The notes under the pieces were generated by a model. The model saw only the letters and a list, made by a program, of their open reading frames with translations. It did not search any database and was not told the origin of the DNA. A stretch of DNA of 64,000 bases from Anaeramoeba ignava BMAN (lineage: Eukaryota; Protista; Anaeramoebae), in contig JAPDFW010000135.1 of assembly GCA_028826165.1 (NCBI GenBank), forward strand, positions 62,707 to 126,706, read 5' to 3'. Positions 38,293 through 48,024 of the stretch are shown in pieces. Position 1 is the first letter of the stretch. Each line of letters starts with the position of its first letter. Position numbers and translations under genes: made by a program.

Positions 38293-41200
38293 TTAAAAAT
38301 ATTTTTGTGTTTCCAATTCTTTTAATCGATTATTAAATTGATTAAATTGACTTAATTGATAAAAATCTTCTGTGTCATTTAATTCTTGAATAATTTTTGT
38401 TAAATCTTTTTTTAAATTTAAATTTAAATTTAAATCAAATTCTCCAAAATAAAAGTAATGAATAAGTTGTTCAAGACTTCCTTTACTTTTCCCACTATAA
38501 TCTTTAACAGAATTTGAATCATCTTGAACATTCAAAAACATTTGTCTAAATAAATTTGATCTTAAAATTAAAATCAATTTATGAACTTTGATTTCTGAAG
38601 AATCATCACAAATAATTTTGAAATCTTTTTCAATCTTTTTCCAAATAAAGATTAACAAAATCTTTTTAATTCCTGATTCATCTTTTTGTTTCCGGATCCA
38701 ATTTTTATCAAATCCTAATTCTTGTGAAATGATTTGAATTTTCTTTTCATTTTGAATTTGGGAAAAATTATCTGAACTTGTTAAATATTCTTGAAATAAT
38801 TTTTGAGAATCAGAATCATCAAAATTAAATTGATTTGATTTCCAATAAAATGAAAAGAATGGATGTTTTGACTCAATTAAATTCCATTCATCTTTTTGAA
38901 ATTGATTCAAATCAAGATTAGAAATTGGATCAATCATTCCAGTATAAATGAAAATCAAGAAAGGAATAACTTGATTTTCAGGTTTTGATGAGAAAACTTC
39001 TTGAATTTTTGTTAAAATTGAATGATCATTATCAAATCTCATCAATAAAATTAGTTTATGAACTTTGATATTTCCATCTAAATGATTTATTGTGAAATCA
39101 CAAAATTCTTGTCTCAAAAATAGATTAAATAAATCAATTTGCAAATTTTTGGAAAGAATTGGGAATTCAAATCTGAAAAATTCACTTTCAATAAATGGAC
39201 AAGGTTTATTTTCTCTAATATATCCAATTGCAAAATCTTGCATAATATCTTTTTCCTTAATTTGATTTGGGCTCAGTTCAGAAATTCCTGAATGTGATAA
39301 TGATATATTATAAAGCAAATTAGAAGAGATAATACTGATAAATTTTGAATTCTTTGTGGATAAAATAACGAATCTATCAGTTTCCAAAGGAGTAATAACT
39401 GAAGGAAGACTCCAGACAAATTGAATTTTATCTCCAACAATTTTTCTATTCAAAATTTTGATTCCCACAAAACTAGTTGGTTCAATTATGATTGGTGATT
39501 GACAAAGAATAATTTTAGAATAAGAATAAGAATAATATCCAATAATAAATTCTTCCTCGATCATTCCACCTCCAATTTGTATTTTGATTTCTACTTCTCC
39601 TTTTTTTTCACATTTCTCATTTTTGTAATAAACTTGAAAATATTTTGGTGCTTCTTTTTCTTTAGATTGAAGTTGTGATTTAAATAAAATTATTTGATCA
39701 TTTTGATGAGGTTCATAATTATTTGATAATTCCCATGATACTTTTATTGTTTCTCCAATCTTTGTTTTTTCTGGAGATGATTTAATTATTCCTCCTTCTA
39801 ATGGAAGAACTTCAATTTCTTCACTTTTTGCAAAAGGTTTATATTTGTATTCACTTGTATAATATCTAAATTCAAATATTTGATTTTCTTCTGTAATATA
39901 ATTTCTAATATCAAATGTTAATTTTCCCTTTTTTTTATGCATTGGAATATATTGATAAGTTAAACCAGGAGTAGTTGTAGAATCTTTCAAAAATAAAGCA
40001 ATACGACCGAAATAATTTGCTTGATAATATTCAGGTATCTCCCATTCAACATCAATTAATTCTCCAAATTTAATTTCATTTTTGGAAACTGATAATTTGA
40101 AATCTTTTCTATTAATCTCTTTCACTTTAATTTCTTCACTTTTCATTAATGATATTCTTCCATAAAATTTAATATATCTAAATTCAAATATTTGATTCTC
40201 ATCTTTAATATATTCATTAATATCAAATGTAAATTTTCCTTTTCTTGCTAAATTTGAATTATCTTTAATAATTAAAGAGTTATCAATTCGAGGAAATTTC
40301 AAAAATAAAACAATCCGATCTCCATGAATTGGCTGATAATATTCAGGTAATTCCCATTCAACATCAATTGATTCTCCAAATTTAATTTCATTTTTGGAAA
40401 CTAATAATTTGAAATCTTTTTTATCAAATTCTTTCACTTTAATTTCTTCACTTTTTGTTATTGGGTTTTTTTGATCTTTTGGATAATATCTAAATTCAAA
40501 TATTTGATTTTCTTCTGTAATATAATTTCCAATATCAAGTGTAAATATTCCTTTTTTTGCTAAATTTGAAGTAAATTTCCTAAATAAATAATTATTGATT
40601 GGAGAATCTTTCAAAAATAAACCAATCCAATCTTGTTTATTTGAATGATAATATTCAGGAAATTCCCATTCAACATCAATTGATTCTCCAAATTTAATTT
40701 CATTTTTGGAAACTAATAATTTGAAATTTTTTTTATCAAATTCTTTCACTTTAATTTCTTCACTTTTTGCTATTGGGTTTTTTTGATCTTTTGGATAATA
40801 TCTAAATTCAAATATTTGATTTTCTTCTGTAATATAATTTCCAATATCAAATCTTAATATTCCTTTTTTTGTTAAATTTGAAGTATTTTTGTCAACTAAA
40901 GAATTATTGAATGGAGAATCTTTCAAAAATAAACCAATCCAATCTTGTTCATTTGATTGATAATATTCAGGAAATTCCCATTTAACATCAATTGATTCTC
41001 CATATTTAATTTCATTTTTGGAAACTAATAATTTAAAGATTTTAAATTCATCAACTCCAAAATGAGAAGAAGTAAACAATACTTTTTTTTCGTTTGAAGT
41101 TTTGAGATGAGAAATGTATTTAACAATAAATAATTGGGCTTCATTTTCATTTGTATTTTCCTTTTTCAAATCATCATCCAATTTGAATTCAATCATTCCA

Positions 41201-42363
41201 ATTCTTGAAACTCTATCATTATGTTTTTCTATCAAAGGTTTTTGTGATAAATCATTTAAATTTGAATGAGAATCATAATAAAAAAGTGAAATTGAATCTG
41301 AAATGTTTGGTTTGTATTCATCAGGTAATTTGAATTGAATTTGAATTGGTAAACCAAATGTAGGTCTTTTTGCTATAATTTCAATTCCATTATTTTCCAA
41401 GAATTGGATTTGGAATGGTTTGCTGACACATTGGCTTTTATCATCACATGAAAAAAATCTAAATTGTAAATTGTCAAGAAAATTAATTGTTTGATAATCT
41501 TTTGTTTGGAAAATAATTGAATCTTTTCTATTTGTTTGATGAATATATCTTATTTCAATATATTGTGAACTTATTGAGTTTTCATAAAATAATCCAATCC
41601 GACTTGTTTCAGATATCTCAAAATCTTCAGGAAACTCCCATGAAACTTCAATGGATTCTCCAAATAAAAACTTTTCTTTAGAGAGAATAAGATGATTTTC
41701 TGGAATTTTGGATTTAATAATAAAAGGTTCACTTTCTGCTATTGTGTCTTCATTAACTGCAATGTATCTAATTACAAATTCTTCATTAGTTTCATTTCTC
41801 ATGCAAGATCCAGTATTAAAAGTTGCTGTTCCATTCATTGTTGCATTGTGATTAGCCACATAATCTAAATAAGAATTATAAAATGGTTCATCTTTGGGAA
41901 ATAAGCAAATCAAATCCCAACGTCTTAAAGAATAACCATCACAACCATCATCTCCATTGGGTATAAAATTAACAGGTAATTTCCAAGTTGTTTTAATTTC
42001 TTTTTCATTAATTTCATCAATAGTAATTATTTTTTCAAAAGGAATAATTTCAAAAACTTCAGAAACAAGAATTGATTTGGATTTATTTTCAGGTAAATAT
42101 CTAATTTGTAATTTGTTCTTCCATATTTCCACATAATTGACATTAAGAAATGTTGTTCCTTCTAATTGAGAATTTGAATTGTTTTTATAAGTAAAGTAAA
42201 TTTCATTTTTTTCTTTTGTAGCGTCAAAAAGTGCAATTTTATCATTTGATTTTGGTTGAAATTGTTCAGGAAGTTTCCATTCAACAATAATTTCATTTTG
42301 ATTTGTTAATTTAACTTTTTTGTTTTCATAATTTTTAACTTGAATAAAATATTTTTGTTCCAT
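38293..42363 (-). CDS. Array of about 10 SKICH/Ig-like domains + tandem BTB (1356 aa)
   Basis: Repeated V.W.......D(W/R)I.LF......F.FRY units; C-terminal LFLRQEFCDF..VHKLIL and VHKLILILRSNLFRQMF. Confidence 0.78.
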   Translation of the reverse strand: MEQKYFIQVKNYENKKVKLTNQNEIIVEWKLPEQFQPKSNDKIALFDATKEKNEIYFTYKNNSNSQLEGTTFLNVNYVEIWKNKLQIRYLPENKSKSILVSEVFEIIPFEKIITIDEINEKEIKTTWKLPVNFIPNGDDGCDGYSLRRWDLICLFPKDEPFYNSYLDYVANHNATMNGTATFNTGSCMRNETNEEFVIRYIAVNEDTIAESEPFIIKSKIPENHLILSKEKFLFGESIEVSWEFPEDFEISETSRIGLFYENSISSQYIEIRYIHQTNRKDSIIFQTKDYQTINFLDNLQFRFFSCDDKSQCVSKPFQIQFLENNGIEIIAKRPTFGLPIQIQFKLPDEYKPNISDSISLFYYDSHSNLNDLSQKPLIEKHNDRVSRIGMIEFKLDDDLKKENTNENEAQLFIVKYISHLKTSNEKKVLFTSSHFGVDEFKIFKLLVSKNEIKYGESIDVKWEFPEYYQSNEQDWIGLFLKDSPFNNSLVDKNTSNLTKKGILRFDIGNYITEENQIFEFRYYPKDQKNPIAKSEEIKVKEFDKKNFKLLVSKNEIKFGESIDVEWEFPEYYHSNKQDWIGLFLKDSPINNYLFRKFTSNLAKKGIFTLDIGNYITEENQIFEFRYYPKDQKNPITKSEEIKVKEFDKKDFKLLVSKNEIKFGESIDVEWELPEYYQPIHGDRIVLFLKFPRIDNSLIIKDNSNLARKGKFTFDINEYIKDENQIFEFRYIKFYGRISLMKSEEIKVKEINRKDFKLSVSKNEIKFGELIDVEWEIPEYYQANYFGRIALFLKDSTTTPGLTYQYIPMHKKKGKLTFDIRNYITEENQIFEFRYYTSEYKYKPFAKSEEIEVLPLEGGIIKSSPEKTKIGETIKVSWELSNNYEPHQNDQIILFKSQLQSKEKEAPKYFQVYYKNEKCEKKGEVEIKIQIGGGMIEEEFIIGYYSYSYSKIILCQSPIIIEPTSFVGIKILNRKIVGDKIQFVWSLPSVITPLETDRFVILSTKNSKFISIISSNLLYNISLSHSGISELSPNQIKEKDIMQDFAIGYIRENKPCPFIESEFFRFEFPILSKNLQIDLFNLFLRQEFCDFTINHLDGNIKVHKLILLMRFDNDHSILTKIQEVFSSKPENQVIPFLIFIYTGMIDPISNLDLNQFQKDEWNLIESKHPFFSFYWKSNQFNFDDSDSQKLFQEYLTSSDNFSQIQNEKKIQIISQELGFDKNWIRKQKDESGIKKILLIFIWKKIEKDFKIICDDSSEIKVHKLILILRSNLFRQMFLNVQDDSNSVKDYSGKSKGSLEQLIHYFYFGEFDLNLNLNLKKDLTKIIQELNDTEDFYQLSQFNQFNNRLKELETQKYF
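39800..41037 (-). repeat. Four in-frame ~312-bp tandem repeats (104 aa Ig-like domains)
   Basis: FKL.VSKNEIK.GE.IDV.W starts at ~41037, ~40725, ~40413 and ~40101. Confidence 0.92.
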
Positions 42364-42404
42364 TTTGAAATGAAAAAAATGAAAATTAATTTTTGCTTTT
42401 CAAA

Positions 42405-42731
42405 AATGAAAAAGATTTTATAATTGAAAGAAAAGAAAAACAATATAAATTTCCTAAATTGATATTAATAATGAGAAGTGAATTATATCGAGGAATGTTT
42501 TTATCTGTAACAGAAGATAAATCTAATAAAGTTACAGATTATAGTGAATTAAGTAATAAATCATTTCAAATATTTGAATATTGGATTTATTCAAATCAAA
42601 TTAAAGATGAAATCCAAATTACACAAGAAATAATTAATGAAATTCAAATTGGAATTGATTATTTTCAATTAAATCAAACAAATCCAAATTTATTTGATTT
42701 ATTAATTAAAAAATTTAAAAATCAAAATTAA
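42405..42731 (+). pseudogene. Inverted 3' fragment (second BTB) of an RCC1-BTB gene
   Basis: NEKDFIIERKEKQYKFPKLILIMRSELY...KNQN*; no ATG start; opposite orientation to the other copies. Confidence 0.85.
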
Positions 42732-42773
42732 TTTTTTCATTTTTTTCAAAACAAAAAACAAAAACAAACCCAA

Positions 42774-43514
42774 ATGGATAATAATAATAATAACCAAACT
42801 GAAATTGTCGAGATTTACAAAAAGGAAAACCAAGATTTAAAAAAGGAAATCGAAGATTTAAAAAGGGAAATTGAGAAAATGAAACCAGTTTTTGATAAGT
42901 ATCGAGAACAATATCAAAAAGATTTGGAATATCAAAAACAAATAAAAGAATTGAGAAAACCATTTTCAAATTCGGAAATTATTCAAGATATTGAATATAT
43001 CCAGACATTAAAAGAATGGATAAATGATAATGATTTCTTTTCCAAAATGAATTTGGGATTTTCAGCAAAAAAAGATGGATTTTCTGCTCAAAATTGGCAT
43101 AAAGCAGTTGATAATAAAGGAAAAACATTAGTTATTATTAAAACAAAAGATAATTTTATTTTTGGAGGATTTACTCAAGTTGGATGGCAAGGAAAGAAAG
43201 GATACATTAGTGATTCAAATGCATTTATTTTTTCATTAAGAAATGATAAAGGGGATAGAAATCCTCAAAAATTTACAATTAAATATGGAAAAGAACAATA
43301 TGCAATTGTGGATGATTCGGAAAATGGACCTATTTTTGGATATTCTTGGAGGGATTGGAATTTAAAATCTAATTTACAACCTGGTTATTCAAATTTTGGA
43401 GAAAGTTACAATCTCCCTAAAGGAATTAAATATGGAACAGATCTCGCACAAACTTATTTATCTGGTTCTTATACTTCATCTGTCGTTGTTGAACTTGAGA
43501 CTTATTTCATTTAA
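42774..43514 (+). CDS. Coiled-coil + TLDc protein (BTB-less relative of 28200-29768)
   Basis: Shares MDNNNNNQ.E, EKMKPVFD and EWINDNDFFSKM with that gene; TLDc motifs. Confidence 0.88.
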   Translation: MDNNNNNQTEIVEIYKKENQDLKKEIEDLKREIEKMKPVFDKYREQYQKDLEYQKQIKELRKPFSNSEIIQDIEYIQTLKEWINDNDFFSKMNLGFSAKKDGFSAQNWHKAVDNKGKTLVIIKTKDNFIFGGFTQVGWQGKKGYISDSNAFIFSLRNDKGDRNPQKFTIKYGKEQYAIVDDSENGPIFGYSWRDWNLKSNLQPGYSNFGESYNLPKGIKYGTDLAQTYLSGSYTSSVVVELETYFI

Positions 43515-43625
43515 AAACTTTTCTTTCTTTTTTTTTTCAAAATTCCATTTTATTTTTCATTTACTTTCAATCAAATGAAATGAAAAAAATGAATAAGAAA
43601 CAAATCATTTAATTTTTTTTAATTT

Positions 43626-44768
43626 TCAAAAATATGTTCGATGAATAATTGTTGGTCCAATTTCATTATATTCATACAATGAAATACATCGGTCTTGAAA
43701 AGTAGAAAATGAAGCCAACATTGATCCACCAATCCAAGATGAATATTTTCTTTCTTCAGGTGCAATAATTTTAACTTTCATTCCATTTTTTTCTGATAAT
43801 TTAGATATTTCTTTTTTAAATCTTTGTTTGATTCCAGGAAACATTGAAGTTCCTCCAGATAAAATAATATTAGAAAATAAATCTTTTTTGATATCCTCAT
43901 CACATTTCATAATTGAATCATAAATCATTTCATGAATTCCTTTTTCCTCTATTTCAATCAAAGAAGGTTGAAATAACGCTTCTGAACATCTGAATCTTTC
44001 TTTTCCAATTTTGATAATTCGACCATCAAATATTTCATAATTTTTTTCAATTAATTTTTCTTCTTGATTAATTTCTTTATCAAAATCCAAAGCAACATAT
44101 CCAAATTTTTCTTTAATATCTTTAATAATTGCAATTTCAGCAGTTGTAGTCAAAGAATATCCTTTTTCTGTTAACATTTGTAATAAATAATCATTTAAAT
44201 GTTTTCCTCCCAAATTTAATTTATTGATTGAATTTAATAAAACAGAGCTTTCATAAACAGGAACAACTTGAATAAAACCACCTCCCATTTCAACAACAAC
44301 TCCTATTGATCTTCTTGTTGATATTAATGATAAAACAGATTGATTTTCAAGATCGAAAAAAGGAGTACAAAATGTTTCAAACATAATTTGAGTAATTTTC
44401 TCTTTATGTATTTTTGAATTGAAAACACTATCCATTAATAAAGCAGGATGTTCTTCAGGAGCAACTCTTAATTCATTATAAAAACAATGATGCCATATTT
44501 TTTCCATATCATCCCAATTTATTACTGTTCCATTTTCAATCGGATATTTCATTCTTAATATTCCCCTTTTTGCAATTGCTTCATCTCCAATATATGCATC
44601 TTTTTGTCCCATTCCTACCATTACTCCCATATATGCTGGTCTTCCAACTATTGATGGAATAATTGATCTTGGTTTTTCATCTCCTGCAAATCCTGATTTT
44701 GAATAAGTTGTTCCATTATCAAATATTACAATTAGATTTTCTTCCAATGTATAATCACCAAAACTCAT
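43626..44768 (-). CDS. Divergent actin / actin-like protein, copy 2
   Basis: 380 aa, nearly identical to copies 1 and 3. Confidence 0.93.
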   Translation of the reverse strand: MSFGDYTLEENLIVIFDNGTTYSKSGFAGDEKPRSIIPSIVGRPAYMGVMVGMGQKDAYIGDEAIAKRGILRMKYPIENGTVINWDDMEKIWHHCFYNELRVAPEEHPALLMDSVFNSKIHKEKITQIMFETFCTPFFDLENQSVLSLISTRRSIGVVVEMGGGFIQVVPVYESSVLLNSINKLNLGGKHLNDYLLQMLTEKGYSLTTTAEIAIIKDIKEKFGYVALDFDKEINQEEKLIEKNYEIFDGRIIKIGKERFRCSEALFQPSLIEIEEKGIHEMIYDSIMKCDEDIKKDLFSNIILSGGTSMFPGIKQRFKKEISKLSEKNGMKVKIIAPEERKYSSWIGGSMLASFSTFQDRCISLYEYNEIGPTIIHRTYF

Positions 44769-44930
44769 TTTTTGGAAAGATGAAAAAAAATGAAAGAAAA
44801 AAATGAATTTTAAATTTTAATTTTAATTTTAATTTTAAATTTAATTTTAATTTTAATTTTAATTTTATTTTTAATTTTAATTTTAATTTTAATTTTAATT
44901 TTGATTTTAATTTTATTTTTAATTTTGATT

Positions 44931-46721
44931 TTAATTTTGATTATAATTTTGATTATTAAATTTTTTAATTAATAAATCAAATAAATTTGGATTTGTTTGA
45001 TTTAATTGAAAATAATCAATTCCAATTTTAATTTCATCAATAATTTCTTCTGTAATTTGGATTTCTTTTTTAATTTGATTTGAATAAATCCAATATTCAA
45101 ATATTTGAAATGATTTATTACTTAATTCACTATAATCTTTAACTTTATTAGAAGTATCTTCTGTTACAGATAAAAACATTCCTCGATATAATTCACTTCT
45201 CATTATTAATATTAATTTAGGAAATTTATATTGTTTTTCTTTTCTTTCAATTATAAAATCTTTTTCATTTTCATTTAAATAAATTCTTTTCATTGTTTCT
45301 TCAATTTTTTCATTTGAATTTATAATTTCTTTAATTTCAGAATATAATTTTTGATTTATTATTCTATTTGAATAAATCATTTCAAATATTTGATTTGATT
45401 CTTTAATTGATTTTTTTGAAATAATTTCTTGAAGTTTTTCAATTTGATTTTGATTTTGATTTTGATTTAATCTATATTTCAATATTAATTTATGAGCTTC
45501 AATTATTTCTCCATTTTTGGTTTTAAATGAAATATTACAAAATTCTTTTCTTCTAAATAATTTTATCAAATCTTCTTCAAGATTGGAAAAAGAAAGAGGA
45601 GAATAATAAAGAAATGAATTTAAATATCCACAAGAAAGATGATAATTGAAAATATTTTCATTAAATCTTAATTTAGGAAGTTCAATTTGAATTGGAATTA
45701 ATTGATTTATTGTATCTCCAGTTCCTAATTGGCCAAATTCATTATTTCCAAATCCAATTAATTTTGGATTGGAAGTTAAAATCAAACTATGCACATGTCC
45801 AACAGAAAAATCAAGAATATAATCATCATTTTCAAATAAAAATGATTTGATTTCAGTAAATTCATAAGTAAATTGATTTTTGCCAAGTCCATTAAATTGA
45901 TAATTTCCACATGAATAAAGTTTTCTTTTTGAATTTTCATTTTGATTTTCATTTTCAATCAACATTATTGAATGAGTATATCCACATTGAATATCAATTA
46001 TTTTGCCTTTTGGAATATTTTGGATTTTGGTTAATTTATCAATTTTTTCTTCTTCTTTTTTTGATTCTCCTAATCCAAGTTGACCAGAATTATTCCAACC
46101 GCATCCAAATAATTCTTGATTTGAATTTAAAAGAAAAACATGATTTGAAGAATTTCCTGAAAATATTTTAGAAACATTTTTCATCATTAAAATTGGTTTT
46201 TCTGTTTTTGGAAGTGTTTCAGAATCAAAACCAAGTTGATCATATTCATTTGAACCAATTCCATAAACTATATGATTTGAAGTTAATAAGTAAATTGAAT
46301 TAGCTCCAGAAACAATATCTTGAATTATTCTATCATTTGTATCTTCAATTAATGATGAAATATTGATAAATTCTTTTGTATTATTTGGATTAATATTTAT
46401 TCCTTTTGCAAATATATTTCCTTCTATTGTTAAAATAGCTTCATTTCCATAACCAACAGTTACTTTTTGAATATTTTCTTCAATTTGGATTTTTTGAGGA
46501 TTTTGTTTTGAATCTTCTTCATCTAAATATTCTATTGCTTTTCCATTTTTAAAAAGGAAAATTATTTCAAAATATCCTGTTGAAATTTGTTTAATTTGTT
46601 TTTCATTTTCATTTTCATTTTCATTTTCAAATTTAAATTGAATTGATTTTGTTATTTTATTTGGTTTATTTTTAAAAAATTTTGGATATTTATTTTTACC
46701 AAAAAATAAAATTTCATTCAT
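44931..46721 (-). CDS. RCC1-repeat + tandem BTB protein, copy D (intact, 596 aa)
   Basis: Uninterrupted ORF with RCC1 repeats and two BTB domains. Confidence 0.92.
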   Translation of the reverse strand: MNEILFFGKNKYPKFFKNKPNKITKSIQFKFENENENENEKQIKQISTGYFEIIFLFKNGKAIEYLDEEDSKQNPQKIQIEENIQKVTVGYGNEAILTIEGNIFAKGININPNNTKEFINISSLIEDTNDRIIQDIVSGANSIYLLTSNHIVYGIGSNEYDQLGFDSETLPKTEKPILMMKNVSKIFSGNSSNHVFLLNSNQELFGCGWNNSGQLGLGESKKEEEKIDKLTKIQNIPKGKIIDIQCGYTHSIMLIENENQNENSKRKLYSCGNYQFNGLGKNQFTYEFTEIKSFLFENDDYILDFSVGHVHSLILTSNPKLIGFGNNEFGQLGTGDTINQLIPIQIELPKLRFNENIFNYHLSCGYLNSFLYYSPLSFSNLEEDLIKLFRRKEFCNISFKTKNGEIIEAHKLILKYRLNQNQNQNQIEKLQEIISKKSIKESNQIFEMIYSNRIINQKLYSEIKEIINSNEKIEETMKRIYLNENEKDFIIERKEKQYKFPKLILIMRSELYRGMFLSVTEDTSNKVKDYSELSNKSFQIFEYWIYSNQIKKEIQITEEIIDEIKIGIDYFQLNQTNPNLFDLLIKKFNNQNYNQN

Positions 46722-46773
46722 TTTTGAAATGAAAAAAAATGAAAATTAATTTTTGCTTTTTTAATTTTAATTT

Positions 46774-47916
46774 TCAAAAATATGTTCGATGAATAATTGT
46801 TGGTCCAATTTCATTATATTCATACAATGAAATACATCGGTCTTGAAAAGTAGAAAATGAAGCCAACATTGATCCACCAATCCAAGATGAATATTTTCTT
46901 TCTTCAGGTGCAATAATTTTAACTTTCATTCCATTTTTTTCTGATAATTTAGATATTTCTTTTTTAAATCTTTGTTTGATTCCAGGAAACATTGAAGTTC
47001 CTCCAGATAAAATAATATTAGAAAATAAATCTTTTTTGATATCCTCATCACATTTCATAATTGAATCATAAATCATTTCATGAATTCCTTTTTCCTCTAT
47101 TTCAATCAAAGAAGGTTGAAATAACGCTTCTGAACATCTGAATCTTTCTTTTCCAATTTTGATAATTCGACCATCAAATATTTCATAATTTTTTTCAATT
47201 AATTTTTCTTCTTGATTAATTTCTTTATCAAAATCCAAAGCAACATATCCAAATTTTTCTTTAATATCTTTAATAATTGCAATTTCAGCAGTTGTAGTCA
47301 AAGAATATCCTTTTTCTGTTAACATTTGTAATAAATAATCATTTAAATTTTTTCCTCCCAAATTTAATTTATTGATTGAATTTGATAAAACAGAGCTTTC
47401 ATAAACAGGAACAACTTGAATAAAACCACCTCCCATTTCAACAACAATTCCTATTGGTATTCTTGTTGATATTAATGATAAAACAGATTGATTTTCAAGA
47501 TAGAAAAAAGGAGTACAAAATGTTTCAAACATGATTTGAGTAATTTTCTCTTTATGTATTTTTGAATTGAAAACACTATCCATTAATAAAGCAGGATGTT
47601 CTTCAGGAGCAACTCTTAATTCATTATAAAAACAATGATGCCATATTTTTTCCATATCATCCCAATTTATTACTGTTCCATTTTCAATTGGATATTTCAT
47701 TCTTAATATTCCCCTTTTTGCAATTGCTTCATCTCCAATATATGCATCTTTTTGTCCCATTCCTACCATTACTCCCATATATGCTGGTCTTCCAACTATT
47801 GATGGAATAATTGATCTTGGTTTTTCATCTCCTGCAAATCCTGATTTTGAATAAGTTGTTCCATTATCAAATATTACAATTAGATTTTCTTCCAATGTAT
47901 AATCACCAAAAATCAT
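46774..47916 (-). CDS. Divergent actin / actin-like protein, copy 3
   Basis: 380 aa, nearly identical to copy 2. Confidence 0.93.
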   Translation of the reverse strand: MIFGDYTLEENLIVIFDNGTTYSKSGFAGDEKPRSIIPSIVGRPAYMGVMVGMGQKDAYIGDEAIAKRGILRMKYPIENGTVINWDDMEKIWHHCFYNELRVAPEEHPALLMDSVFNSKIHKEKITQIMFETFCTPFFYLENQSVLSLISTRIPIGIVVEMGGGFIQVVPVYESSVLSNSINKLNLGGKNLNDYLLQMLTEKGYSLTTTAEIAIIKDIKEKFGYVALDFDKEINQEEKLIEKNYEIFDGRIIKIGKERFRCSEALFQPSLIEIEEKGIHEMIYDSIMKCDEDIKKDLFSNIILSGGTSMFPGIKQRFKKEISKLSEKNGMKVKIIAPEERKYSSWIGGSMLASFSTFQDRCISLYEYNEIGPTIIHRTYF

Positions 47917-48024
47917 TTGTTTTTAAATTAAATTAAACAAAAATTTGTTTTGCTTTTCTTAATTTTGAAGAAATAAAAAAAATGAAAAAAAAAATTTGGA
48001 AAGAAATAAAAAAAGTTTTGTTGA

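Noticed and set aside
39800-41037. CRISPR-like or transposon-derived repeats
   Set aside because: These are in-frame protein domain repeats. No spacer array, cas gene, transposase, reverse transcriptase or terminal repeats were recognised in the window.
25151-46721. Diversity-generating retroelement behind the loop variation
   Set aside because: No reverse transcriptase or template repeat is visible here, and the changes are not obviously confined to adenines.
43626-47916. Gene conversion mosaic among the actin copies
   Set aside because: Copy 3 shares RIP and GKNL with copy 1, but copy-2-specific substitutions explain this equally well; too few informative sites.
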